DNA from: Candidatus Pacearchaeota archaeon
GTDB taxonomy: Archaea; Nanobdellota; Nanobdellia; Pacearchaeales; UBA284
Direction of reading: 5' to 3'
NCBI GenBank assembly: GCA_038894195.1
Contig: JAWAPZ010000002.1
Coordinates: forward strand, 20,401-84,400
Length of the DNA: 64,000 bases
Shown here piece after piece: positions 42,140-51,557 of this stretch (positions within the stretch are counted from its first letter, which is position 1; each line of letters begins with the position of its first letter). The notes beneath the pieces are model-generated. The model saw nothing but the letters and a program-made list of their open reading frames with translations. It was not told the DNA's origin and made no database searches. Both the position numbers and the translations under genes were made by a program.

Positions 42140-42661
42140 ATGCTCTTTAGAACACATATCTTATTTGCCTTAGTAATTTTCATGCTCTTTGTTTTTAATT
42201 CAAGTCTAACAACAATAAACAAAATAATTTTTTTTATAGTGTTTATAATTGCTGCTGCATTTCCAGATATTGATACTCCAAAATCAACAATAGGAAAAAA
42301 AACAAGGCCAATTAGTAACACTATAAATGTTCTTTTTGGTCACAGAGGTTTTTTCCAAAGTTTAACCTTTGTTATTGCTCTTGTAATTATCCTTCTCCTA
42401 GTTAATTTTCCAAAAATAATTGTTCTTTCTTTTGCAACAGGCTATTCAAGCCACTTGCTGTTAGATATGTTAACAAAAACAGGAATTTGTGTTTTTTGGC
42501 CTCTAAAAACACAGGTAAAAGGACCACTTAAAACAGGCTCACTAACAGAAACTTTTTTGTTTATCTTTCTTTCTTTAGGGTTCATTGCGCTTATAATAAA
42601 AAATTTCCGAACATTCAAAGAAATTGTCTCATCTGTCATAGAAACTATATTTTCTAGTTAA
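42140..42661 (+). CDS. membrane-bound metal-dependent hydrolase (YdjM/DUF457 family)
   Basis: [12 protein letters not shown]..., [38 protein letters not shown]. Confidence 0.7.
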   Translation: MLFRTHILFALVIFMLFVFNSSLTTINKIIFFIVFIIAAAFPDIDTPKSTIGKKTRPISNTINVLFGHRGFFQSLTFVIALVIILLLVNFPKIIVLSFATGYSSHLLLDMLTKTGICVFWPLKTQVKGPLKTGSLTETFLFIFLSLGFIALIIKNFRTFKEIVSSVIETIFSS

Positions 42662-42696
42662 ACAATCTTTATAAACAAAAATTACTTATCAGTCGG

Positions 42697-43659
42697 ATGG
42701 TTAAAGAGAAAGAAGAACCAAAACTTACTGACTTGCCAGGAATAGGCCAGACAACAGCTGCTAAGCTTGAAGAGGCTGGCTATTCTGATTTAATGGCAAT
42801 AGCTGTGATGAATCCTGCCGATTTAAGCTCGATTGCAGATATATCAGAAGCTGTTGCAAGAAAAGCTATATCAGCAGCTCGTAAAATGCTCAGACTTGAT
42901 TTTGAAGATGCTACAGAGTATTTAAAAAAAAGACAGGAAGTCTTGAAGATAACGACAAACTCAAAAAATCTTGACATGCTTCTTGGTGGTGGAATAGAAA
43001 CAAGAGCGATCACAGAGGTATATGGGGCTTTTGGCTCAGGAAAATCACAGATAGCGCATCAAATTGCTGTTACAGCACAATTGCCTATTGAAAAGGGTGG
43101 CGCAAATGGAAAAGTCGTGTGGATTGACACTGAAAGCACTTTTAGACCAGAAAGAATAAAACAAATTTGTGCAGCTCTTGGTTTAGATTTTATGAAAACA
43201 TTAAAGAACATCTTAGTAAGTCGTGCTTTTAATTCAGATCATCAAATCCTTTTAACAGAAAAAATCCCAGAACTAATTAAAAAAGGTGAACCAATTAAAT
43301 TAATTATAATAGATTCTTTAACAGCCCATTTCAGAGCAGAATTCACCGGACGTGGTCAACTTGCAGATAGGCAACAAAGGATAAATAAACATTTACATTC
43401 TTTGATGAGAATAGCTGAAGCCCACAACATTGCTGTTTATGTAACGAACCAGGTGATGGCAGACCCGGCTATGATGTTTGGTGATCCAACACGGGCAATA
43501 GGTGGCCACATAGTCGGCCATGCATCAACATACCGTATATATCTAAGAAAAGGTAAAAAAGATGCAAGAGTAGCAAGAATGGTTGACGCACCTAACTTGC
43601 CAGAATCAGAATGTGTTTTTTTCATAACGGAAAAGGGAATAAGCGATGAAGAAAGCTAA
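42697..43659 (+). CDS. radA: DNA repair and recombination protein RadA
   Basis: HhH N-terminus ([20 protein letters not shown]), Walker [31 protein letters not shown]. Confidence 0.95.
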   Translation: MVKEKEEPKLTDLPGIGQTTAAKLEEAGYSDLMAIAVMNPADLSSIADISEAVARKAISAARKMLRLDFEDATEYLKKRQEVLKITTNSKNLDMLLGGGIETRAITEVYGAFGSGKSQIAHQIAVTAQLPIEKGGANGKVVWIDTESTFRPERIKQICAALGLDFMKTLKNILVSRAFNSDHQILLTEKIPELIKKGEPIKLIIIDSLTAHFRAEFTGRGQLADRQQRINKHLHSLMRIAEAHNIAVYVTNQVMADPAMMFGDPTRAIGGHIVGHASTYRIYLRKGKKDARVARMVDAPNLPESECVFFITEKGISDEES

Positions 43660-44433
43660 TCACATAAAAAGGGAATCTATTGTTCTTTTCTTTCCCTTTT
43701 TTCTCTCTTTTTTAGTTTCCTTTTTTATTTCTTCTTTAGCCCCCTTCTTGGGGATTGCTTCTAACATCCCACACTTTTCTTTCACTTGTGTCATCAATGG
43801 TTTCATAATTTTGTTTAAAGTCTCCTTGAGAGCATATACCTCGGCACGTAACATTTTAATCTCGTGCCCATGTTCTAAAAATTTTTCTTGTACCCGTTCT
43901 ATGAGTCTTTTGATAGTTGCTTCAAATCTTGTAAGTTTTTTTTCAAAATCTCTTAAAGCACGTTCTGTCTCTACTTTAAGATCTTGCAACCCTGCAGTCC
44001 TTTTTCTGAATTCTTGCCATTTTTCCTCAACAATTTCTGAAACAAGTTCTTCAACCTCGCTTGCGCTAGTTCTTGCATAAGGATACTGATAAGGATAGTA
44101 CTCCCCTCTTGCAGTTTCTTCTGTTTGTGGTACTGGGGCCCCATAAGTAGTCTCGTAACTTTCGCCTTCAGAAATTATCGAAGGTTCCATCTCTCCTTTT
44201 TCTTCGTTTATTTCTTGTTCCTCAATACTAGGGGTTTCATAACTTGGTTTAGGAACTTCGGGCTCTTTATTCAACTCAAGCTTAACTTTAGCTTGATTAA
44301 AAGCGTCATTTATCTGTTTCGGCGTGTAACCTTGTTCTCTCAACTTTTTTATTATTTGCGCATCTGTATACCCTTCTCTTGCAAATCTAATCACTTTATC
44401 AACAGGGGTATCCATTTTTTCATAGTGTTTCAC
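43660..44433 (-). CDS. hypothetical protein: small N-terminal helical domain, acidic linker, C-terminal coiled coil and K-rich tail
   Basis: VDKVIRFAREGYTDAQIIKKLREQGYTPKQINDAFNQAKV, then EVEELVSEIVEEKWQEFRKR...LRAEVYALKETLNKI. The plus-strand ORFs here are S/F/L-rich antisense artefacts. Confidence 0.6.
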   Translation of the reverse strand: MKHYEKMDTPVDKVIRFAREGYTDAQIIKKLREQGYTPKQINDAFNQAKVKLELNKEPEVPKPSYETPSIEEQEINEEKGEMEPSIISEGESYETTYGAPVPQTEETARGEYYPYQYPYARTSASEVEELVSEIVEEKWQEFRKRTAGLQDLKVETERALRDFEKKLTRFEATIKRLIERVQEKFLEHGHEIKMLRAEVYALKETLNKIMKPLMTQVKEKCGMLEAIPKKGAKEEIKKETKKERKKGKKRTIDSLFM

Positions 44434-44825
44434 TCTTCTATTATTATTTCCTTTTCTCCCTTTTTTCTAATTTTACTACGGTTAATCATTTCCTTTACAT
44501 CATCTAAAGTTGCAAAATTCATTGGCTCCCACATTTTCATGAATTTTTCAAAAGTTGCAAGTTCTTCTTTGCGAGCAAATTCTTGGGACTCTGAAATTAT
44601 GTGCTGAGTGGCTTCCTCAACTTTATCTATTTTACCTTTTAAACTAGATATTTCATCTTGTATTGCTTTTATTTCTTGTATTGTCCTTTGATTTTGTTTT
44701 AACAAAGTCTGATCCAGTATTGTTATTCTGTCATGCATTAATTTAATCCTTTCCTCTAGATCATTCACACGAGTACTAAAATCGCTTAATAATGCAGACA
44801 AAGCATTCGAGCTTTTTTCTTCCAT
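44430..44825 (-). CDS. coiled-coil hypothetical protein (131 aa)
   Basis: LSDFSTRVNDLEERIKLMHDRITILDQTLLKQNQRTIQEIKAIQDEISSLKGKIDKVEE. There is a 4-nt ATGA-type overlap with the downstream gene. Confidence 0.6.
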   Translation of the reverse strand: MEEKSSNALSALLSDFSTRVNDLEERIKLMHDRITILDQTLLKQNQRTIQEIKAIQDEISSLKGKIDKVEEATQHIISESQEFARKEELATFEKFMKMWEPMNFATLDDVKEMINRSKIRKKGEKEIIIEE

Positions 44826-44922
44826 TTTTTCTCCTCTTTTCTTCCTATTATATCAAATAAATCTGATTTAAATATTTATTTCTTTTACAGAAAAAATTAA
44901 AAACTTTCAACTCGTTAAAAAA

Positions 44923-47220
44923 ATGTTAAAAGAGGTAAGAATGATTTTCAAAAAAGATATTAAACTTTACGAATATGAAATTGTCAGAGAAGCTGGCCAA
45001 GACGTAATGTATATAAACTACCTCGGAGCCCCTTTTATCCCTGACATTGCAACATCACCAATATGCATGGCAAGAACAGTTGACTATCTTTCTGAAAATC
45101 CGAATATTTCAAGGGTTGTATTTGTCCAGCAAAGAAACTATTCTTACGATTTCAAACAAATTTCTATGTTAATGGAAATTGCACAAGTCTACGAAAATTT
45201 TGTGAAGCATGAAAAAATATTTTCAACAGAAACTTTAACACCCTATGTGTGCAAAAGATGCCTAGCAGAAAGATATGAAACAATGCGTTACTTAATTCTC
45301 ACATTGTTGAAACAAGATCCTATTGCATGCTACTTTGAAACAAAAAGATTCATGAAAGAAGAAGTTCCGAAAAAAATAACAAACGAATGTGAAGCCTGTC
45401 AACAAAAATATCTTAGACTACTCAACAAATTGTTCTTAATGCTCGGAAGAACTAAAATAATAAAATCTGCCCAAGGAAAACTTACAAGATACAAACTTGG
45501 AGATAGAATGCTTTATACCGAAATTTTCCGTCCTGAGGTTGTTCCTAATTTTACGTTCACAAGACTTATGGCTGCTTTGCCTGCAGATGCTGAAATAATA
45601 GACGAGTATGAAATAGGACCAGAACATGATAGGAGTACAGTAACTATCCTAAAAATCTCGGGTAAAATAAAATATATTTATCACTTAAACCCTCCAGAAT
45701 TTTCTTTAAAAGAAGATCTCCAAAGCCTTATCAATCTTGCAAGAAATATCCTGCTTGAACATGAACCAAAAGCAGAAGAATTTACAGACCCTGCACGCAT
45801 AAGGCAGATTTTTTTTAACATATCAAGAGATTTGTTAAGTGAAATTGCAAAAACTCGAAAGATTGAAATAAGTTATAGACAGATAAACAAACTAGCAACA
45901 ATATTGGTAAGACACACCATTGGCTTCGGTTTAGTGGAGGTACTTTTACAGGACGAAAGATTACAAGATATTGTTGTCAACAGCCCTGTTGGTTTAACAC
46001 CAATTTTCGTTAGACACCAGGATTATGAAGAATGTGATACTAACATAATCCCAAGTCACGAGGATTCTGAATCCTGGGCAGCCAAGTTTAGGATGATGTC
46101 CGGTAGACCTCTCGATGAAGCAAACCCGGTACTTGACACAGAATTAATAATAGGTGAGTCGCGTGCCAGAGTTGCAATAATACAAAGGCCTCTGTCTCCT
46201 TACGGATTAGCTTATGCTTTTAGAAGGCACAGAGAGAAACCATGGACTCTTCCATTATTTATAAAAAATAGGATGCTGAATCCTCTTGCTTCGGGCCTTC
46301 TATCGTTTTTAATTGATGGTGGAAGAACAATGTTAATAGCTGGTACAAGGAGCTCTGGAAAAACTTCATTGCTAGCAGCATGTATGCTAGAAATAATGCC
46401 GTCTTACAGAATCATCGTAGTAGAGGGGACAATGGAACTGCCAGTAGACAGCATGCGTGAGCTTGGTTATGATATCCTAAGAATGAAAGTAAGGGAGGCC
46501 TTAACAAGAGAATCAACAGAATTGGCCGCCGATGAAGGTATAAGGACCAGTTTAAGACTTGGGGATTCTTGTTTAATCGTAGGTGAAGTCAGAAGTCAAG
46601 AGGCTTTGGCACTTTATGAAGCAATGCGTGTAGGAGCTTTAGCAAATGTTGTTGCTGGCACAATCCATGGAGCTAGTCCTTATGCTGTCTTTGACCGTGT
46701 TGTAAATGATTTAAAAGTTCCTGCAACTAGTTTTAAAGCAACCGATATCATTATTGTGGCTAATCCAATAAAAAGTCCTGATGGCTTGCATAGATGGCGA
46801 CGCGTTCTTGAGATAAGTGAAGTTAAAAAACTTTGGCAAGTTGATCCTCTCGCTGAAAAAGGTTTTCTTGATTTAATGAAATACGATGTCACAAAAGACG
46901 AACTAGTTGCAACAGATGATTTCATAAACGGAGAATCAGAAGTTCTGAAAAGCATTGCAGCAAATGTAAAAGAATGGGCAGGTTCCTGGGATGCTGTCTG
47001 GGACAATATCTTGTTAAGAGCAAAAATAAAAGAAGCCCTTGTAAAAGCAAGCGTATCATTAAAAAGACCTTCCCTGCTTGAAGCTTCATGGGTCGTAAAA
47101 TCGAACAACGCGTTCCATGAAATTTCTGAAAAAGTCAGACAGGAAATTGGTGTTCCAAAAGGCAAGCGTGTTTTTCGCGAGTGGCAAGATTGGCTTAAAA
47201 AAGAATTGAAGAAAAAATAA
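44923..47220 (+). CDS. type IV filament / secretion ATPase (FlaI/PilB/VirB11 superfamily) with a long N-terminal extension containing a Cys4 motif
   Basis: Walker A LIAGTRSSGKTSLLAA, VVEGTMEL (IEDTxEL-like), CLIVGEVRSQEALALYEAMRVG, GTIHGAS. CKRC sits at 45250-45261 and CEAC at 45388-45399. Confidence 0.85.
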   Translation: MLKEVRMIFKKDIKLYEYEIVREAGQDVMYINYLGAPFIPDIATSPICMARTVDYLSENPNISRVVFVQQRNYSYDFKQISMLMEIAQVYENFVKHEKIFSTETLTPYVCKRCLAERYETMRYLILTLLKQDPIACYFETKRFMKEEVPKKITNECEACQQKYLRLLNKLFLMLGRTKIIKSAQGKLTRYKLGDRMLYTEIFRPEVVPNFTFTRLMAALPADAEIIDEYEIGPEHDRSTVTILKISGKIKYIYHLNPPEFSLKEDLQSLINLARNILLEHEPKAEEFTDPARIRQIFFNISRDLLSEIAKTRKIEISYRQINKLATILVRHTIGFGLVEVLLQDERLQDIVVNSPVGLTPIFVRHQDYEECDTNIIPSHEDSESWAAKFRMMSGRPLDEANPVLDTELIIGESRARVAIIQRPLSPYGLAYAFRRHREKPWTLPLFIKNRMLNPLASGLLSFLIDGGRTMLIAGTRSSGKTSLLAACMLEIMPSYRIIVVEGTMELPVDSMRELGYDILRMKVREALTRESTELAADEGIRTSLRLGDSCLIVGEVRSQEALALYEAMRVGALANVVAGTIHGASPYAVFDRVVNDLKVPATSFKATDIIIVANPIKSPDGLHRWRRVLEISEVKKLWQVDPLAEKGFLDLMKYDVTKDELVATDDFINGESEVLKSIAANVKEWAGSWDAVWDNILLRAKIKEALVKASVSLKRPSLLEASWVVKSNNAFHEISEKVRQEIGVPKGKRVFREWQDWLKKELKKK

Positions 47221-47266
47221 AGAAGAAAAGCGAAAACTAAATAAACCCTTCTCTGTTCTTTAAAAG

Positions 47267-47962
47267 ATGCTCGAAATAGATGAGATAATTATATTGGCAA
47301 TTGTCTCTGTAGTGTTGGGATTTTTTCTTTCAGCAATCTACCCTACTTTTAATTTTAGCTTGGCTACATTTGCTCTCGCATCATTAGTTGCATTTATAAT
47401 GTTTTTCATATTTACTGGTGCTCAGAAACTGGTTGCTTATTCGCTTGATTGTAACGTAAAAATAAAACTATTGAGCTTCAAAAGGTACTGGCTTGCACCA
47501 GAAGACACTCTTAACTTTGAATTTCCCTTATGGTTTATCCTACCATTAATTTTTTATTTTATAACCGCCGGCAAATTTCTCTGGACCTCAATCCTGAATT
47601 TTGAACCAGAAGCCCTAAAAACTAAAGTTAAACATAAATACAGTGGACTTGCCGAAACAGATATTGCAAAAATTGCAATCGCTGGTCCTCTCGCACTTTT
47701 AATTTTTGGACTTATAATGAGAATATTCAATTTTAACAGTTTTGCATATTTATGTGTATTGACAGCATTTCTTACCTTTTTACCTCTGGGCCCTGGAATT
47801 AAAATCTATGCAGGAATGCGTGTTACAGGAATTTTCCTTCTTGTCTTAAGTCTAGCTGTCTTGTTATTGATGCCTCTCGTTTCTGTACTGACAACAATTA
47901 TAATCGCTTTAGTTATTGCTATTGCGTTTATAGTTATATACTATACGCTGTGGGAGAAATAA
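47267..47962 (+). CDS. polytopic membrane protein, possibly a degenerate M50 (site-2 protease)-like fold lacking HExxH
   Basis: 231 aa. AGPLALLIFGL resembles the M50 AGPxxN region, but GAQKLVAYSLDCNV occupies the position where HExxH would lie. Confidence 0.45.
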   Translation: MLEIDEIIILAIVSVVLGFFLSAIYPTFNFSLATFALASLVAFIMFFIFTGAQKLVAYSLDCNVKIKLLSFKRYWLAPEDTLNFEFPLWFILPLIFYFITAGKFLWTSILNFEPEALKTKVKHKYSGLAETDIAKIAIAGPLALLIFGLIMRIFNFNSFAYLCVLTAFLTFLPLGPGIKIYAGMRVTGIFLLVLSLAVLLLMPLVSVLTTIIIALVIAIAFIVIYYTLWEK

Positions 47963-48032
47963 ACTAAATATTGCAGTATCCTTCTCGAAATTAAAACATA
48001 ATGAATAGCTTTAATGGTTCAATAAAAGAAAA

Positions 48033-48497
48033 TTAAGGTTGCTTTTCTTCACTTTCTTCCTTGCTTCTCCTTATGACTTTAACATCATCCAACTTTCTTT
48101 TTATTGGAATTGGAACAGCAGCCTCAAGTAGTTCAATAACAACCTCTTCTTTTTGTTTATCTACACGAATAACTTTTGCTTTCTCTCTTTTGAAAGGTTC
48201 TGCGAGTATTTCAACTATATCTCCCTTCTCTATGTTTATTTCAGCTGTCACTGGCTCAATCATCTTTTCTATGTCTTTATATTCTAAATGCTTTGCAAGA
48301 ACACTTTTAACATAAGGTAACTTTAATGTTGCTTCTTCAGCTGTCTCTCGGTCAAGGGCTTCAAGAATTATATAACCTCTTAAGCCATGCGGATGTGCAA
48401 TAGAATAAACTTCAAGTTTTTTCTTACGAACGCGGTCTGCAATAAGCTCGACCACCTGATCCTCTTTGTTAGTTATGGCCTTAACAACGAATATCAT
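48033..48497 (-). CDS. spt5: transcription elongation factor Spt5 (NusG)
   Basis: The ATG at 48497 gives MIFVVKAITNKEDQV (NGN domain). The KOW motif is KGDIVEILAEPFKREKAKVIRVD. Confidence 0.85.
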   Translation of the reverse strand: MIFVVKAITNKEDQVVELIADRVRKKKLEVYSIAHPHGLRGYIILEALDRETAEEATLKLPYVKSVLAKHLEYKDIEKMIEPVTAEINIEKGDIVEILAEPFKREKAKVIRVDKQKEEVVIELLEAAVPIPIKRKLDDVKVIRRSKEESEEKQP

Positions 48498-48498
48498 T

Positions 48499-48663
48499 TT
48501 AAAATGCAACTACAAAAAGTATAGTTATTATAAATCCAATCATACCTATAATCAATAAACCCAAAGCTGAAATTTTAGAAACTTGTTTAATTTCTTCTGC
48601 AGTAGGTTTTCTTGCTATTCTAAGAACTCTTCCACACTGTTGTAAAAATTCTTTAATTTTCAT
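48499..48663 (-). CDS. secE: protein translocase subunit SecE/Sec61-gamma (54 aa), not in the ORF track
   Basis: Hand translation gives MKIKEFLQQCGRVLRIARKPTAEEIKQVSKISALGLLIIGMIGFIITILFVVAF*. It lies in the conserved position between ftsZ and spt5. Confidence 0.8.
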   Translation of the reverse strand: MKIKEFLQQCGRVLRIARKPTAEEIKQVSKISALGLLIIGMIGFIITILFVVAF

Positions 48664-48702
48664 GTTTATGAGAAAGAAACAATATTTTTAAAGGTTTTTA
48701 AA

Positions 48703-49782
48703 TCACCCACTTTCAAAAAAATCAATTCCAAAGTCCTCTTCAAGAGCCTCACGCTCTTTTTCTTTAAGTTTACCCTTGCCAATTATCTGTGGACTTTCAA
48801 CACCTGTAACAATTATCAAAACTCTTAAAGTATTTCCCATATCTTCGCTTAGCTGAGCACCCCATATGAGCTTCACTTCTGGGCTGACTCTTTTCCCAAC
48901 TTCCTCTATAATTCTCTTTGCTTCGTCAAGGGTCATGTCAAGACCCCCTGTGATGTTTATTAGTGCGCCTGTTGCATTAGCAATATCAACATCAAGCAAA
49001 GGATTCTCAATAGCCTTCTGAATAGCTTCTTCGGCTCTGTTCTGTGAATCACTTTCGCCTACACCGATCATAGCAACACCACCATCAAGCATAACGGCTT
49101 TAACATCAGCAAGATCAAGATTAACTAACCCTGCTTTTGTTACAAGCTCTGTGATACCTTTAACTGCATTTGTAAGTATCTCATCGGCAACTTTAAAAGC
49201 AGTGTGCAAAGGTAAGTCAGGCGCAAGTTCTAACAACTTATCGTTTGGGATCACAATCAAAGTATCAACACTCTCTTCTAGCCTTTCTAAACCGTACATA
49301 GCATTATCAAATCTCTTCTGCCCTTCAATAGTAAAAGGTAAAGTGACAACACCAACCGTAAGTATGCCCAATTTTTTGGCAATATCTGCAACAACTGGGG
49401 CAGCACCAGTTCCTGTGCCGCCACCTAGGCCACATGTGACAAAAACAATATCGGCTCCTTGCATAACTTGTTTAATAGCATGTTCTGATTCTTTAGCAGC
49501 TTCCTCGCCAATTTTAGGATTACTTCCAGCACCAAGACCGTGTGTAAGTTCTTTCCCAATCAAAATTTTAGAGTCTGCATAGGTATAAAGCAAATCTTGA
49601 GCATCTGTATTTAAAGCGATGCATTCTGTTCCAGTAATACCTATCTCTTTCATCCTTGTTAGGGTATTGCCCCCAGCACCACCAACGCCAAAAACTTTCA
49701 CAGAAGCACGTTGTCTGGCTATAATCTCCTCTAATTCTTTATCTATATCTAGCCTCTCTCTAGCACTGGATAGTTCTGCCAT
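48703..49782 (-). CDS. ftsZ: cell division protein FtsZ
   Basis: VFGVGGAGGNTLTRM, GLGGGTGTGAAPVVA, NLDLADVKAVM. Confidence 0.95.
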   Translation of the reverse strand: MAELSSARERLDIDKELEEIIARQRASVKVFGVGGAGGNTLTRMKEIGITGTECIALNTDAQDLLYTYADSKILIGKELTHGLGAGSNPKIGEEAAKESEHAIKQVMQGADIVFVTCGLGGGTGTGAAPVVADIAKKLGILTVGVVTLPFTIEGQKRFDNAMYGLERLEESVDTLIVIPNDKLLELAPDLPLHTAFKVADEILTNAVKGITELVTKAGLVNLDLADVKAVMLDGGVAMIGVGESDSQNRAEEAIQKAIENPLLDVDIANATGALINITGGLDMTLDEAKRIIEEVGKRVSPEVKLIWGAQLSEDMGNTLRVLIIVTGVESPQIIGKGKLKEKEREALEEDFGIDFFESG

Positions 49783-49840
49783 CTTTACAAGAAAAATAAG
49801 ATGTATTTAAATTTTATTAGCTTGTAAAATATTCTTTAGC

Positions 49841-50551
49841 TTATTCTTTCTGCTCAGATCTACTTTTTTCATTTTTATTTTGTTTCTCTTCTACTTTCTT
49901 TTCTCCTTTTTTGTCCTCTATCTTACTAATTTTCTCAAAAATAATTTTTTTCTTTATAAAGCCCTCACAGTCTTTCTCGATTTTTTTAAGAGTCTCGTCA
50001 GAACAGTTTACTCTTGCCTTGATTTCTTCTTCCTTTTCATTTATTTCTACTTTTAGGCCAAATTTCTTAGCTAAGAAACTAATTTTTTCTTTATCATCCT
50101 CCACCACCCTCAAAATTTTAAATTTATAAACAAGATCCTTACCAGCAAGAGGGTTGTTAAGATCTACAAGAACGCGACCACCAGTAACAGAAATAACTTT
50201 AGCTACAAAGTTATTTACATTTACAAACATGCCACGTACAGGTTGTTTCTCAAAAGCATGAAGAGGGACTGTTCTGATAAGCCTAGCATCTCTTGGGCCA
50301 AAAGCATCTTTCGAACTTATTTCTTGTTCATACTCTCTACCGATTTCTTTATTTTCTAACGCCTTGTCAAAACCCTTAATAACCTCCCCCTTACCTATAA
50401 GAATTTTTACTGGTCTAAATTCACGCTTAAAATTTTCATCAACCAATCCGGCCTTTTTGGCCTCCTCTTCGCTAGTCGTATCAAAGATCGGCCCATCTTT
50501 AATCCTTGCTGTATAATCTACCTCAACAAGATCATTTTTCTTTGTCTTCAT
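49841..50551 (-). CDS. FKBP-type peptidyl-prolyl isomerase (SlyD-like with IF insert and a K/E-rich tail)
   Basis: VEVDYTARIKDGPIFDTT, ILIGKGEVIKGFDKAL, DLNNPLAGKDLVYKFKIL. Confidence 0.85.
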   Translation of the reverse strand: MKTKKNDLVEVDYTARIKDGPIFDTTSEEEAKKAGLVDENFKREFRPVKILIGKGEVIKGFDKALENKEIGREYEQEISSKDAFGPRDARLIRTVPLHAFEKQPVRGMFVNVNNFVAKVISVTGGRVLVDLNNPLAGKDLVYKFKILRVVEDDKEKISFLAKKFGLKVEINEKEEEIKARVNCSDETLKKIEKDCEGFIKKKIIFEKISKIEDKKGEKKVEEKQNKNEKSRSEQKE

Positions 50552-50638
50552 AGGAAACTTAACAAAAAATCAACTTTTAAATATTACCAACCTAGCAAAT
50601 TTCTGTAATTTTTGTCTTTCCAAAGTTAATACAAAAGA

Positions 50639-50652
50639 AAAGTTTATATAGG
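50639..50652 (+). promoter_or_regulatory. BRE/TATA-like promoter (aaagtttatatagg), leaderless geometry for the 50672 gene
   Basis: This 14-mer is identical to 8471-8484. The TATA centre is about 25 nt upstream of the ATG. Confidence 0.5.
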
Positions 50653-50671
50653 TAAAGAGAATGGTCTCATT

Positions 50672-51112
50672 ATGGGGTCTGAAAAATCAAAGATAATGAA
50701 AACAGATAATGTCGATCTTTTTTTGAACTGGTTGCTGGCTGGAAAAAAAATATCTAATATCACCGAAGATCAGTGGGATAGTTTAGATAAGTTAAAAGAG
50801 AATTATGATAGAAAACCAAGGGCTTTAGAATTTAGATCTGACAATAAAATCCTTGATAATGAGCTTTCGTTCGGTATGGCTAATAATCTTAAAATAATTG
50901 GAAAGGAGCTATGGGATGACTTAAATTTAGAAAAAGGTGTCCTGAGTTATAGATTTTTTAATCACAGCAGTGTAGATGTCTTTGACCTCAGAGCAAAGGT
51001 TAAATATTTGGAGGTGAATGCTGATGCAGAAGTTCTTGAACTTAGCTGCTACAAAAAACAAGAAAGGAAGAAAAAAGATGTAATAACGTTAACCTATAAC
51101 AGGAAAAAATAA
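50672..51112 (+). CDS. hypothetical protein (146 aa), first gene of an orphan three-gene operon
   Basis: Soluble, with no recognised motif. Confidence 0.55.
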   Translation: MGSEKSKIMKTDNVDLFLNWLLAGKKISNITEDQWDSLDKLKENYDRKPRALEFRSDNKILDNELSFGMANNLKIIGKELWDDLNLEKGVLSYRFFNHSSVDVFDLRAKVKYLEVNADAEVLELSCYKKQERKKKDVITLTYNRKK

Positions 51113-51115
51113 AAA

Positions 51116-51553
51116 ATGAAGAGAAAAACAGCTTTAGGTCAAATAAAACGAGAGATTAAAAAATATATAGTAGAAGGTTACGAAAAAGTGAGTAAAAATA
51201 GTTTTTTAATAAAAAAGGATGTGTTCAATCCAAAATTATTTTATGATGCTTTGTGTGCTTTAGCAGAGTCAAAGATAATTAAGAAGGCTAGCTTTGTTAC
51301 TTACTACGCAGAACCTTATGATAAAAATAAAATAACAGAACAAATTCCATATTCGGTTTTGAAATGGAAAGGGCATGCTTTAAAGATTACGGCATTAGAT
51401 CAAGTAAATATAAGCCTAAAATCAAAGGGGTTTTATGCTTCAATTGTGATGCATGTCAATGGAATTAAAATTGATACCACATTCCCTTCAATCGAATTAT
51501 TTAAAAGAGACGACAATTTAAATTTAGAAGAAAAAATTTCGGTACTTTATTAA
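51116..51553 (+). CDS. hypothetical protein (145 aa), orphan operon gene 2
   Basis: Starts 3 nt after the upstream stop. No recognised motif. Confidence 0.55.
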   Translation: MKRKTALGQIKREIKKYIVEGYEKVSKNSFLIKKDVFNPKLFYDALCALAESKIIKKASFVTYYAEPYDKNKITEQIPYSVLKWKGHALKITALDQVNISLKSKGFYASIVMHVNGIKIDTTFPSIELFKRDDNLNLEEKISVLY

Positions 51554-51557
51554 AAAA

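Noticed and set aside
47267-47962. The missing prepilin/preflagellin peptidase.
   Set aside because: It has no GxGD or paired-Asp aspartyl-protease motifs in its TM helices. Its features fit a degenerate M50-like protein better. The peptidase is presumably outside the window.
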